From: Naegleria gruberi
Taxonomy: Eukaryota
Assembly: GCA_000004985.1 (NCBI GenBank)
Contig: GG738903.1
Direction: 5' to 3' (one strand)
DNA length: 64,000 nucleotides
Below are positions 12,820 through 23,865 of this stretch, piece by piece; positions within the stretch are counted from its first letter, which is position 1, and each line of letters begins with the position of its first letter. The position numbers and the translations under genes are program-made. The notes beneath the pieces were generated by a model. The model ran no database searches, was not told where the DNA came from, and was given only the letters and a program-made list of their open reading frames with translations.

Positions 12820-12892
12820 CTCCCCCTGGTGGGCTCGAACCACCGACCTGCAGATTAACAGTCTGACGCTCTACCGACTGAGCTAAGGGGGA
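12820..12892 (-). tRNA. tRNA-Asn (anticodon GTT), 73 nt, no encoded CCA
   Basis: Cloverleaf folded by hand: acceptor TCCCCCT/AGGGGGA, D-arm GCTC-AGTCGGTA-GAGC, anticodon loop CTGTTAA, T-arm GGTGG-TTCGAGC-CCACC, discriminator G. Confidence 0.85.
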
Positions 12893-14130
12893 TCACATTA
12901 AGGATATTTTGCAGCCTTATTCTGAAAATATCCACTTATACCTTTCTTTAAATATTTGCGTTGGGAAATATCTCAATAACTTCTTTTGAGTTTCTAAATT
13001 AGCATCTTCGCGTGCTGCTATTTTCTTGCCATTAGGACTTGGGTATATGTACCTGAAATAGGCTGATTGGAATTTGAGTTTTTGGTAATGTAAGGTGTTG
13101 AGGTTATTTCTTCTTTTGCTGTTTGGCACCAATGTTTAAATAAATGGCAACACTCTTGTCATAGGTCATCTGTTTCAAAATCGCCAATACAAATTGTTTT
13201 GGAGTTCCTGTTGAGGTTTTCTACAGATTTAACCTTTTATCCATCCACAAGGAAGTTAAAGTAGCTACTTTTGATTCATCTTTGAATGAGGAATACTTTG
13301 GATATTGAACATTTTTGGTTGAGTGCAAATTCTTATTTACAGATCCTCCATGGAGTGGGAAAGTTGCGTTTTCCAATTTTTTGGCAACTAACATCCACAA
13401 CATTTTCAATTTTAATACATCTCACTCTGAAGGATGTTTCTGGATTCTTTGTTATTGGTTCAAGCCAAATAGAATCCAGCAATAATAATATTTATCAACA
13501 TGAAGAGAACTGGCTTTAATATTATCGACAATCATTTTCCGATAACATGATCACACAGTATTTAAAAATTCCACTAGACTCATTTTTTTTTAAAGTGAAA
13601 AAATCAAACCAATCGGGCGGGAAACTTACGCGCACAAATTTTCCCTCCAAATCAAAACTAATCTTTTCGTTGTATTAATCATAAATGAACTCAAGTAACA
13701 TAAAAACTTATTATTCCAATAACACCTACTCAATACTTTCTAAAACAATCTCTCACTATCCATCAAACGAAACGTTTTGTTGATTCAATTCTCTTATTAA
13801 TCACTCGATTACCTCAAGCATGGTTTCGAATAAAAATTGATGGGTAAAGATAAATCACTTACCAAAATGGAAAGCCTAACTTTCATTCAGGTTTTGGAAA
13901 CTCGGTCATGAACAAGGTAAGATTGAAAAAAAACGTTAGAAACGAATTCCTTTTGGCGTTTCGAATATTGTTTCGTCATCACTACTCTGTCTAGATTGTA
14001 TTCTATTCATCATCGTTCATCATCACAACAACATATTGTAAATATAACAAAAATTCTCTTCCTTTCGAATAACAATTAGTTCGGAATCGTCGTCATCATT
14101 TCTAATAGTAATATTTTAATAATACGAAAA

Positions 14131-15732
14131 ATGGGCGTTCAACAAAGCTCATCGTCATCAGGAGGTGGTGTTGGTGTTGGTCTAGATCATTTACTTCATT
14201 CCATAACCATCAATTCTGGTCAATATCTAGCAGGTGATGATGATGAAAAAATTGTCGGACAAATTCAAACCACTAGACAAACACGTTCTCTTTTCAATAC
14301 ACGAATTAATCGAGTAAATTCATCATCTAAACCTGTTGGTAGTAATGGTAAAATAGACAAGTCAAATGCCACAACTCCACCCATTGGAATGTTAAATTCT
14401 GAAGCGATGGAAAGAGTTAGAGATAAATTAGTGAATGCATCTTCAATGTGGTTGAGTATTGATGATTCGAATCGTGAACAATCAAGTTTACAAAAACGAA
14501 TTTTGAATGGTTCAGGAACAACTTCGATATTACATTTTAGAAGAAGAGCTGCTTCGTCACCTGAGGAACGAGAGAAATTGATAATGACATTGGCAATGTA
14601 TTTGAGTCATAAGGAAGAAATGTTGACTTCGTATATGGCATCTGACTGGATGTCATCTGTTAGAATTATTGAGAAAATGTTAATTCCGAGTGAATATTCA
14701 CAGTTTATAGAGTTGGCTGTTCAAGTTATTGATGAGAATTTTGAATTGCCAAGTGAAGATTCAGAATCTCTAAAGAAGAAAAAGAATCATAATAGAAATA
14801 GGTCAGGAGGAATTTTGTCATCTGTTTCACATCATCAACATAGACGTCAAGCTGTGCCTAAAAATCAAAATTTGACGCCTCAACCATCTACTGTAGAAAC
14901 ACAATATGTAAATATCAAACTAATGATTGTTCCTCAGCAACTAAAATACTCGACGCTTGTAGAGGCATGTTTTCCAGTTTTGGAAAGCTTTTTAATTGAT
15001 CCAATGGATGGAATTGCAGATAGTTTTGCAGTTTCACTTGTTGTAGATAATTGGTTCCTCTATTTTGAACCTGACACTAACTTGATTATACCAAAGAAAT
15101 TATACTGTACAGCCAAATCATTTGTGGATGAGCAAATTCCCACATTTGTACGAGTTCAACACAAATCCAATCAGATTCAATCCCTACTTGCATCATGTGT
15201 GAGTAAGTGGAACAATTCAATGTATTTTAAAGCATCCAAGACAGATGATATGCACACCATGTCCATGGAAGAACATGTAGAACCTTCTCTTGAAGATTCA
15301 TTCAGTGATAGATCGACTGCCAGCAGTTTGAATCAAAAATATTATGGAAATTCGTTTGATTTTATTGAAGACTTTTTTGTAAACTATCTCAAATTTGATT
15401 TTATCAACACACCAACTGCCAAATATTTACAATCATTTTTACAAAATGTACAAAAATTCGGATTTAGTGAATTAATGTTTAATGCAAGTGATGACCTCTC
15501 ATCCAAATATGGAGAGGAATTGAGATTGGCCAAGGATGGAAAGCTCAGCTTTTTAGACTCTGGTGAGTTGGATTTTTTTATGGATAAGCTTTCCTTGGCT
15601 ATTCAAGAGAATGAACCAATTTTCGAAACAATACCGAGCGATTGTTTGGAGAATAATCCATTCGTTGCACTGAATATCTTGAATGGAGCATTCAACATAC
15701 AATATATAGACGAGGATGAGTATGAATTATAA
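14131..15732 (+). CDS. Hypothetical protein, 533 aa; N-terminal MGVQQSS fits an N-myristoylation consensus (MGxxxS)
   Basis: Long single ORF; Ser/Gly-rich N-terminus; no known domain recognised. Confidence 0.5.
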   Translation: MGVQQSSSSSGGGVGVGLDHLLHSITINSGQYLAGDDDEKIVGQIQTTRQTRSLFNTRINRVNSSSKPVGSNGKIDKSNATTPPIGMLNSEAMERVRDKLVNASSMWLSIDDSNREQSSLQKRILNGSGTTSILHFRRRAASSPEEREKLIMTLAMYLSHKEEMLTSYMASDWMSSVRIIEKMLIPSEYSQFIELAVQVIDENFELPSEDSESLKKKKNHNRNRSGGILSSVSHHQHRRQAVPKNQNLTPQPSTVETQYVNIKLMIVPQQLKYSTLVEACFPVLESFLIDPMDGIADSFAVSLVVDNWFLYFEPDTNLIIPKKLYCTAKSFVDEQIPTFVRVQHKSNQIQSLLASCVSKWNNSMYFKASKTDDMHTMSMEEHVEPSLEDSFSDRSTASSLNQKYYGNSFDFIEDFFVNYLKFDFINTPTAKYLQSFLQNVQKFGFSELMFNASDDLSSKYGEELRLAKDGKLSFLDSGELDFFMDKLSLAIQENEPIFETIPSDCLENNPFVALNILNGAFNIQYIDEDEYEL

Positions 15733-15747
15733 CGGAACAAATAAAGT

Positions 15748-17463
15748 TTATTCTGATTTAATGGACCATTTCAACTTTTTACAGCTTTCCAATAACTTGT
15801 AACCAAGTGATGTAATGAGTTGATTATCTTGTAAAGTAATATCCCTTAAGGAAACAAGGGTACTGGTCGAGCATGTTAAAGCTTCGATATCGTCATCTGA
15901 AAAATAATAAGTAATCAAAACAACATTCTTAAATGTCTCATTTTGAGACATTATTGGAATAAAGTTGATTGTTTTTAAATCTTCATAACTTTCTAATGGC
16001 TTTGCATTCCTTATACTTAAAGTTTTCAATTTGTTAAATACTGTTGATTTTGCAAGGAACAATAAATCACTAACTATTAAGGGCAAGCTTAAAGTTAATG
16101 TTGTAATGTTTGAAAAAATTTCACAAGTACTAAACATTTGATATCCTTTCAAATTGCTCTCTTTCCTATCAATACTCAATTGTTTAAGGGTAGACAGTGA
16201 AGAATAATTGCAAAGTTGTATTAAAATATCAGTTTCTGATTCCTTCTCCTGCTGCGTACGGAAAATAACTGTTGAAAGGGTTTTGAGATGGGGAGATTTA
16301 AACATATTAAAAAAATCGGTATTCTTTGGATCAATAATTTGAATTGTTTCCAAATTACAAAGTGTAGTATTTTCTGACAAAGAGGAAACACCTATTTCAC
16401 TAATACTTTCTAGAGATAGAGACTTCAATTTTGGAAATTTGAATCCACAAATAATATCATCCAAACAATTCCACGTTCTAAACTCAAGAATTTGTAGGTT
16501 TGGGCATTCCATATCTGAAATTCCACTATTGTGCAATTTGTGCACATTTTTATCATTTATCCACAGTGTTATCAAGGATTTACATTTAAATATATCAATT
16601 ATAGAGTAATTATTATTAATAAATACTAATGCCTTGAAATCTTCAAGAAGTGATAATTTGGATATTTTAATTAGATCAGTATCTTGCACAATATTTAAAT
16701 GCAAAATTTTAAGACTATTTGTAAAGTTATTTACAACGTGTGAAATTGAAAATGAACTCTTAAGGTTTGTCAAGTATAATTCTGTCAAATTATAATAAAA
16801 GTATTTTTCAAAAGAAATACCGCTAAAGGTTCCTTCAAGAGCTAAACTTTTAACTGTAGTGAGGTCTCTGTTTGTCAATTGTGAAAAATCAGACGTACAA
16901 TTTGCAGAAAATAACTTGATAGTGTTCAACTTTTTGCTTCTATGAAGAACTTCAATACCGTGTAAATCAAGTGGTCTGGAATCAAAACTTTCTAAATTCT
17001 CAAAAAATTGAGAATTCATGAAGCTTAAAACTGTATCTGTTTTTTGCAAATTAATTATTTTGAATCTCTTCAATAAAGAAGCAGCTCTCAAGAATTGACG
17101 AGAAACCAACAACAATTTGAAACCTTCCAAATCAGGAAGAAATTCCAACAAGTAAACAATTACATCATCACACATAATTTCCGTTTTCTTTGAGAGTTTC
17201 ACTTTTTTTCTTTCCTTATTCCCTTCTTCAATAGTTGGCTGTATCTTATTGAATATTAGATGATTATTTTCCAATACATTATCGTCATCATTAGAAAGAA
17301 CGTTGCTCTTTCTCTTTTCTCTTTCCATTTGCAATTCAATTTGTTTTGTTCGCTCCCTAGCCATCATATATTGAAAAGCCTGATCCGATGTCCAACCACT
17401 TTTCTCAAGTAATTGCAAAACATCACCAAGGCTTTCGTTACTTGTTTGTGTAATGGGTTCCAT
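15748..17463 (-). CDS. F-box-like / leucine-rich-repeat protein, 571 aa
   Basis: DVIVYLLEFLPDLEGFKLLLVSRQF resembles an F-box; downstream repeats LxxLxLxxN/C are typical of LRR (AMN1/FBXL-like). Confidence 0.6.
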   Translation of the reverse strand: MEPITQTSNESLGDVLQLLEKSGWTSDQAFQYMMARERTKQIELQMEREKRKSNVLSNDDDNVLENNHLIFNKIQPTIEEGNKERKKVKLSKKTEIMCDDVIVYLLEFLPDLEGFKLLLVSRQFLRAASLLKRFKIINLQKTDTVLSFMNSQFFENLESFDSRPLDLHGIEVLHRSKKLNTIKLFSANCTSDFSQLTNRDLTTVKSLALEGTFSGISFEKYFYYNLTELYLTNLKSSFSISHVVNNFTNSLKILHLNIVQDTDLIKISKLSLLEDFKALVFINNNYSIIDIFKCKSLITLWINDKNVHKLHNSGISDMECPNLQILEFRTWNCLDDIICGFKFPKLKSLSLESISEIGVSSLSENTTLCNLETIQIIDPKNTDFFNMFKSPHLKTLSTVIFRTQQEKESETDILIQLCNYSSLSTLKQLSIDRKESNLKGYQMFSTCEIFSNITTLTLSLPLIVSDLLFLAKSTVFNKLKTLSIRNAKPLESYEDLKTINFIPIMSQNETFKNVVLITYYFSDDDIEALTCSTSTLVSLRDITLQDNQLITSLGYKLLESCKKLKWSIKSE

Positions 17464-18175
17464 GCTTAATCAAGTGGCGCCACTTTTTTTTTGTGTGCTG
17501 TAAACAATTATTGCTGTTCACACTACAGTTAGAGTGTGAGCTCTTAAATTTCCTGAATAGGACATTAAGTTGAAATTAAGCTTAATAAATTGAAGAGCAT
17601 CCTGATGAGTTTAATATATTGTGTATTGAACATGATTCTCCTATTACAAAACCAAAGAGTAGTGAATTTTATTGATGGTGTGATGACCATTAAGTTATTT
17701 CCCTTCAATGATCGGAAGTGAACTTGCTGATGATATTGATGATAAAAGATGTGCCAATTCACAACTCGGATGAATAATACTAAGTGGAAAACTCCAAATA
17801 TCCAAAAACTATTATTCGCAGTTGTTGAATTAACATTCGAAGAAAGTTGTTCATAAAATAGTTCTAAAAAATTGTGCAACGTTATGCTAAACGATCATCA
17901 CACCATTCATCATCAATATTAACAACAACAACAACAACATTTTAGTGGATAAATTTATCTTTTGAATCTCCCATATGATACCAATAGTAATAATAATATT
18001 ATTTTGTGGGAATGTTCAGAACATTCTTCACCTGAAGTGAGTGCAATCTCCCGATAAATTGATTCATCATCAATAATAACAACAATCATGATGCATTGTA
18101 GATGATGATGATGTGGCGAGCCTGATGTTGTGTGTTGGAACTCACATTCCAGAGTAACCAATTGTTCATCAAAAA

Positions 18176-19251
18176 ATGTCACAACTCCATATGATAGAAG
18201 ATTTGAACGATGATGTATTTCACATTATTTTATCTTTTCTTCCATTCACAGATTTAAATCGACTACCATTGATTAGTAAGAACAATTTCCGAATGTCTCA
18301 ACTTGCTCTCTCTGACACGTATCATGAAACCAACTACCGTACAAAGATTGCCTATTTTAATGGAACTACTTATTCGTATTATTATCACCCATATGCTATG
18401 GAATTTTACAAAGAATATTTAAATATTACATGCAATTTTAGAAGAAATTTAATTAATTTTCAATTGAAAGTTAATGAATTGATTGCGGAAAATTATTCGA
18501 AACAAGAAGAAGCTCTGAAAACTAAATTTGATACTGTAGAGCTGTATCGACCATTTCAGGAAATTAAAAATTCAATTAACGTGGAACAAATTGAGAAACA
18601 AAAGTCTCGATTGAAGATTATCATATGTGGAGAAGGAGCTGTTGGAAAAACAAGCCTTATTCATAAATTATATTATGGCAAAATACCTGAATACTTTCCA
18701 GGAAATTGTGAGTTGGAAATTGGATATGGATATTTGAATAATGTAACAATGAACAAATTTGTAACATTGACATTGTGGGATACTGCTGGTCAAAAGTAAG
18801 TTCAATTTCTGTAATTTAGAGTTAATTAAAAAATTCATATTTCAGAGATTATGATAAGTTGAGACCACTTTCATATCCATATACAGATGTATTTTGCATT
18901 TGTTTCACTAGGATTAGTTCAAAATCTTTCAAAAAGATTCCATCTCGTTGGGTTCCTGAAATTAATCACCATGCACCAAACTCTGCTCTGGTTTTAATTG
19001 GATGTAAATTTGATCTTTTATCAGATACTGATGTGATTACAAAGCTAAGATACAGACATTTTGATTCAGCTGTCAAATATGAAAATTCAGTTCAAATGGC
19101 AAAGAATATTGGAGCATTAACATATATTGAAACATCTGCACTGACTGGTGAGGGAAACGTTTCAGATTTTGCTGAGATTATTACTAAATGTCATGCCATG
19201 TTTAGAGAAATATATCCTATCAAATCAGAAAAGAAGTGTATCATTTGCTAG
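18176..19251 (+). CDS. Rho-family small GTPase with an approx 130-aa N-terminal extension containing an F-box-like motif and a C-terminal CAAX box (CIIC); 2 exons join(18176..18795,18846..19251)
   Basis: F-box-like LNDDVFHIILSFLPFTDLNRLPLISK; P-loop [36 protein letters not shown] spliced across a 50-nt GTAAGT...CAG intron; C-terminal KKCIIC. Confidence 0.8.
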
Positions 19252-19305
19252 GCAATAAAAAGGTCATGAATTCAGCTCTTTGTTGGATCACGAACATTTG
19301 GAGAA

Positions 19306-19652
19306 TCAATACTTGAAGATCTTCATGCTTTCTTGTGGAGGAGCAAATGCACTAATATCTTCATTTTGATTAATATCCCTAGCAAAGAAGAAAAAGTCTG
19401 GATCGCATCTAATTGGTACCAAACCAATTCTATGAGCAAGGACTTCGTCTTGAATAATAGATGTATTTGTTACGATAAACAACTTTTTCAATACAGAGGA
19501 ATTGGTATGTATATAGCGCGATGAAATGGTATATATATCGTTTTAACTTATACCAACTCAACATTGTCTGTGGCTTGATGATTTCGTCTAGCGGAAATTA
19601 ATATAATATAATTAAATAATAAAGATGAGTAATGTAGTGCTTGCAATCGCAT
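19306..19652 (-). pseudogene. RNA polymerase I/III subunit AC40 (RPAC1)-like fragment; only the N-terminal part is present
   Basis: Encodes ...[29 protein letters not shown], near-identical to the AC40 motif [25 protein letters not shown]; there is no room for the remaining approx 230 aa before the convergent Rho gene. Confidence 0.5.
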
Positions 19653-20107
19653 TTGGTTTATTATTAATAATAAGAGTATTAGTGATTATTTTGTTGAATA
19701 TTATATTGAATCCATCACAGCAACGATCAGATTATAGAATCATAAATGAAAACCACTTTAGTATTTATTACGATATATACCTGAACGGTATGCCATGATG
19801 TATTTTTCTAATTGATCAAACATATTTTCGAGTTTAGTTTTTGCTTGTGAAGTAGTTAATGTTGCGATAAGATGATATCTATGATCTCTGAAGTCAACGA
19901 ACTCACGGCAGAGCCTACGAGGAGATTTTTGCTTCATTGAATTATACATAAAATCCAATTCACAGCAAGCAATTATGATGTCCAGTGCCCAAAGAGGAAG
20001 AAGGAGAAAGTTGTCAAGAAGGAAAAGGAGAAGGTTGTCACTCATCTGATAAAATTTTGTCGAGTCGTTCTAGATTTTTTTTATGGCAGAAAGGCTTTTA
20101 TTTACAA

Positions 20108-23100
20108 TTAGAACTGCGATGATGAAGAAACTTGTATCGTTTGGCCAGCAATTAACTCCATACAACTCAATGGTTTTTTCGATGATGCAACACTGAACAA
20201 ATGATCATCATCGCTGACATGTGAAACCGCCAAACCTCCAAAGAACGCATTCTTCATCTTTTGTCTCACTGTAAGCTTTTTAAGATTGGTGAAAAAGCTT
20301 CCTACTTGTTTCTTTCGTTGTTTCTCTTGGATTCTTGCCTCTCGTAATTCCTTTTCTCTTCGTTCTTGGACGATGACGTGCGTTTTGGTCATGTTTTGAA
20401 TGAAGTGAGCGACGATGCTTATCAGGGTCCTCTTTTCAATTTCCATATTTTGGTGCGGTTTCAGAGATTCTGATAATGTTTCGTCTGAAATAGTTGATGG
20501 TATACCATTTGGATTCTCGTCTTTCATGATATCTTTCTCACCAAAGAGTTCTTGAGTGGATTTGAGTGAGTGTTCTGCTTTGGTTAGTAATTGGTCAATT
20601 TTGACAATTTGAGTTTCTGCCATTTCAATAATTGGTCCAATAATTTCAATAAATCGATCAGTTTCGTCCAAAAGATTCTTCTCTTTCATAGATTCCATTA
20701 ATTTAAATGTCTTTCTCACTGAATCGACTTCATCTTTGAATTGTTGGATTTCTTCTCTGATGAGGAAGAAATTCATTGGTGCACATTTTGGAATATTAGA
20801 AAGCTCACTATCCAATTTTAAAATTTCAGGGAATTTTTCTTGACATAATTGACACAACACATGAATCATGGTCTTTTTCTGATCAGTTGATTTGACTTGT
20901 TCCAATACACTTAATGACGAAACCTTGAATCCATAAAGATTTTGCATTTTAGAATTCCCAGTATTCAAATAATTACTAATTGTCAAGACAAGTGACAGCA
21001 AATTAAGCCAACTTGGTGAGTTCTGCAATTGATCGCAAGCACCAATAATTATTTCCAGCTTGTTTCGAATATTCATTGCTGTAGAAGCCAAATTGAATTT
21101 AAACATCCAGGCAGCAATTCTATTCAGTGAGAATGGAATATCACGAATTTCATAAATAAACTTCTCGACCAATCCTAGAACCTTAACATTCATTGGATTT
21201 TGAGGAAGATTTTCCAATTCTTCAGCTGTTTTTGTAACACTTTCAACTTCTTCACTTGTTGGCATGCACTTAGATAGACAGGAAACAAGCTCTGTATCGT
21301 ATGATTCGTCCATTTGTAGAATACCCCTTCTCAATCTTGCAAATTTCATTTCATCAGTTTCGTCCTTATTGAGCTTCTTGATGGATTTCAATTGGATTGA
21401 AATCATGTAAGATTTGTTTTGATCCAAAACTTTCACTTCCTCAATCTTTGGTTTGTTGTTTGCTGGTTTCTCCTTTTCGGCTGGTTTCTTACTGATTTCC
21501 ACTTTCTGGAAGGTCTTTCCCAACGATTCCAAATCAATCTTCTTGATTAGTTCATTGGTATTTTCGGCAAGTTTCTTCTCCACAAAAATTGTCTTTTTCA
21601 CTTCGGTGTTCAGTATCCTTTCGAGGAAGATTGGTTTCGTGGCAGTACTTGGTTTTGCTTTTGGTAATTGAGGAAGATCTGAAAGAGCTCCCACATTTCC
21701 AACAGGTGGTGTTGGACAAGAATTACTTCCAGAAGGTGGAAGAGGAATTCCAGAATTCATTCCAGGAGGGAGTGGAACTCCTGTTGTAACAGGAGGTTGT
21801 GGAATGACTGGAACTTCTGGTGGAGTAGCACTAGTTGAAATGTTCTCTACAGGTTGCAATTGTGAAATTTCAACTGGTTTGGCAGATTGTTCTTGTAGTT
21901 GACTGACAACTGTTTCTACTACATGTTGATTGACTTGTTCAGGTTTCTCTTCATCCAATGAAGTAGCATTATTGATAATATTCTTATTGAAATCATCTTG
22001 TTCTTGTTTCTTTACCTTTTTTTCAAGGTTTGTTTTTTGGGTTTCTAATTTTGCATTTTCATTTTCCAATTTAAGAATATATTGCCTCATTTGTTCAATA
22101 TCCTTCCGTTGTTCAATTTCTGTTTCTGTGGTGAAAGTGACCTTATCTTCATTGATTGCAATTTTCAAAATTCTATCAATTGTCTTCCATGAATTGTAAA
22201 TTTCTCCCACACTTTGATTCTTAATAACTCCAAATTTGGTCAATCTCAACATGGTATTTAAACTATTCACAAAAATATTGTTAATTTGATTCGATTCATT
22301 GCTCAAACTTGTCAAGTAACTGGAAATTGATTTGGAAATCTCAATAGGATTAGTCGTATCCACATCTTCCAAAATTCCCAAACAAGTATCATGATAATAT
22401 TTGGAGAAATGTTTCTCAAATGCACCAACTTGCAATAAAACATTCGAATAAATTGGTTCCTTTCCCAAATCAATATCCAAATCATCAATAATCTCCTCAA
22501 TTCTCAAATGAATTTGTTTTGCAGAAGTGTGCATTCCCAAACCTTTCAATTCCTTAACAATCATTGATTTAATTCCCTCATTTGGAGATTTTGAAATCAA
22601 TCCATTGAAAAACACCATCAATGCCATAATATATTGCTTACTATTTCCCTTACATAAAATCTCCTCAGCATGATTTTCTAAATTTGCCAAATCATTGAAA
22701 CTTTTCCCTAAAAAGTGAAATCTTTTTGGTTCACTTTTAATTTTCTTAAAAAGGTAAAAATTTTCCAAAATCAAAGCATGAGTATCGACATTCTCAATAT
22801 GAATATTCAAAATAGCTGTCAGGAGAAGTAAGGCCTCAGCTCTCAATTCTAAAGATTCGCAATCAAGAATTAAAACTAAAGCTCTCAAAGCATCTCGATC
22901 TTTCAAGAAGAATTCTCTTGAAAATTCTGAAGCATCTAAAAGTTTTTGGGTGCATTTGAGGAAGTGAACTTCGAGAGGGATTCTATCCTTATTGATTTTA
23001 TCTGAAACAAGTTCTGAATGATCGAGTGAAGTAGTCATCATGGTCAACCCGCCACCTGTCAAGAAATCTGAAATCCATTTTGAGTATTTTGAATCCTTTG

Positions 23101-23620
23101 CCATATCATTTGAATTTTCTGAATCTTCTTCATCGATTCTATCTACACACACCTCCAAAACTTCACTAATTGTCTTCAAAATATTCGAATCATAATTCGA
23201 ATCTTTAAATTGTTGTAAAATTTCTTCACAACCATTTTCGATAATTGAAATCAATTTCTGAGAAAGATTAAAATTATTCTCTGGTACAAAAATTGTAGAA
23301 GTATCCAATACTTCAGACATGTCATTTGCCAGAAAGAAACCTGTCATGTTTGTTGTTGGACGATCAATCAGAGTTTCGAATATATGTTCAGTGAAAGAAG
23401 AAAACTTGGCAGAAGATGTTGGTTGTTCCGTAGCAGTGGTAATATGTTGTGTAGAGGAGAAAATATCCGAATTATTGCTAACAGTAACTTTGGACCTTTC
23501 TGTTTCGTTTAAATTAGTTTCATTATTCGATGATGATGATGGAAACACATCTTGTAATGTTGGTTGTTCATGAATTGAAGATCCTTCATCATTGGAAGTG
23601 TGACTGTCAGCATCCTCCAT
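20108..23620 (-). CDS. Formin (Diaphanous-type: N-terminal GBD/FH3-like region, coiled coil, Pro-rich FH1, FH2), 1170 aa
   Basis: FH1 PPEVPVIPQPPVTTGVPLPPGMNSGIPLPP followed by an FH2-like region (KPIFLERILNTEVKKTIF...GCMPTSEEV...NYLN.GN); single long ORF. Confidence 0.85.
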   Translation of the reverse strand: MEDADSHTSNDEGSSIHEQPTLQDVFPSSSSNNETNLNETERSKVTVSNNSDIFSSTQHITTATEQPTSSAKFSSFTEHIFETLIDRPTTNMTGFFLANDMSEVLDTSTIFVPENNFNLSQKLISIIENGCEEILQQFKDSNYDSNILKTISEVLEVCVDRIDEEDSENSNDMAKDSKYSKWISDFLTGGGLTMMTTSLDHSELVSDKINKDRIPLEVHFLKCTQKLLDASEFSREFFLKDRDALRALVLILDCESLELRAEALLLLTAILNIHIENVDTHALILENFYLFKKIKSEPKRFHFLGKSFNDLANLENHAEEILCKGNSKQYIMALMVFFNGLISKSPNEGIKSMIVKELKGLGMHTSAKQIHLRIEEIIDDLDIDLGKEPIYSNVLLQVGAFEKHFSKYYHDTCLGILEDVDTTNPIEISKSISSYLTSLSNESNQINNIFVNSLNTMLRLTKFGVIKNQSVGEIYNSWKTIDRILKIAINEDKVTFTTETEIEQRKDIEQMRQYILKLENENAKLETQKTNLEKKVKKQEQDDFNKNIINNATSLDEEKPEQVNQHVVETVVSQLQEQSAKPVEISQLQPVENISTSATPPEVPVIPQPPVTTGVPLPPGMNSGIPLPPSGSNSCPTPPVGNVGALSDLPQLPKAKPSTATKPIFLERILNTEVKKTIFVEKKLAENTNELIKKIDLESLGKTFQKVEISKKPAEKEKPANNKPKIEEVKVLDQNKSYMISIQLKSIKKLNKDETDEMKFARLRRGILQMDESYDTELVSCLSKCMPTSEEVESVTKTAEELENLPQNPMNVKVLGLVEKFIYEIRDIPFSLNRIAAWMFKFNLASTAMNIRNKLEIIIGACDQLQNSPSWLNLLSLVLTISNYLNTGNSKMQNLYGFKVSSLSVLEQVKSTDQKKTMIHVLCQLCQEKFPEILKLDSELSNIPKCAPMNFFLIREEIQQFKDEVDSVRKTFKLMESMKEKNLLDETDRFIEIIGPIIEMAETQIVKIDQLLTKAEHSLKSTQELFGEKDIMKDENPNGIPSTISDETLSESLKPHQNMEIEKRTLISIVAHFIQNMTKTHVIVQERREKELREARIQEKQRKKQVGSFFTNLKKLTVRQKMKNAFFGGLAVSHVSDDDHLFSVASSKKPLSCMELIAGQTIQVSSSSQF

Positions 23621-23865
23621 TGTTCTACTTATTTTTTTTAATGAAAGTTGACTGGAGTAATGAAACGTCCAACATCAATCACAATTTTCATTGTCAAAAT
23701 TTGGTAACAAGCAATACAAGCTTTCAAGTGAAAACCATTTTATGAAGAGGTCAGTAAAATTCCTTAGTATTAAGAGTTTCGAATATAAGAACAAGGAACA
23801 CATTCCTTTGATCATCAAGGAACATAAAAAAAACAAAAAATCAAAAATTGTAAAAAATCAAAAAA

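Noticed and set aside
12900-13560. Small ORFs flanking the tRNA-Asn (12917..13132 minus, 13286..13519 plus) as possible transposon remnants
   Set aside because: No recognisable transposase, integrase or LTR features, and no terminal repeats were visible by eye.
19758-20045. 95-aa minus-strand ORF (MSDNLLLFLL...) between the AC40 fragment and formin 1
   Set aside because: It has no recognisable domain and could not be joined to the AC40 fragment in any frame. It may be a small gene or UTR, and is left unannotated.
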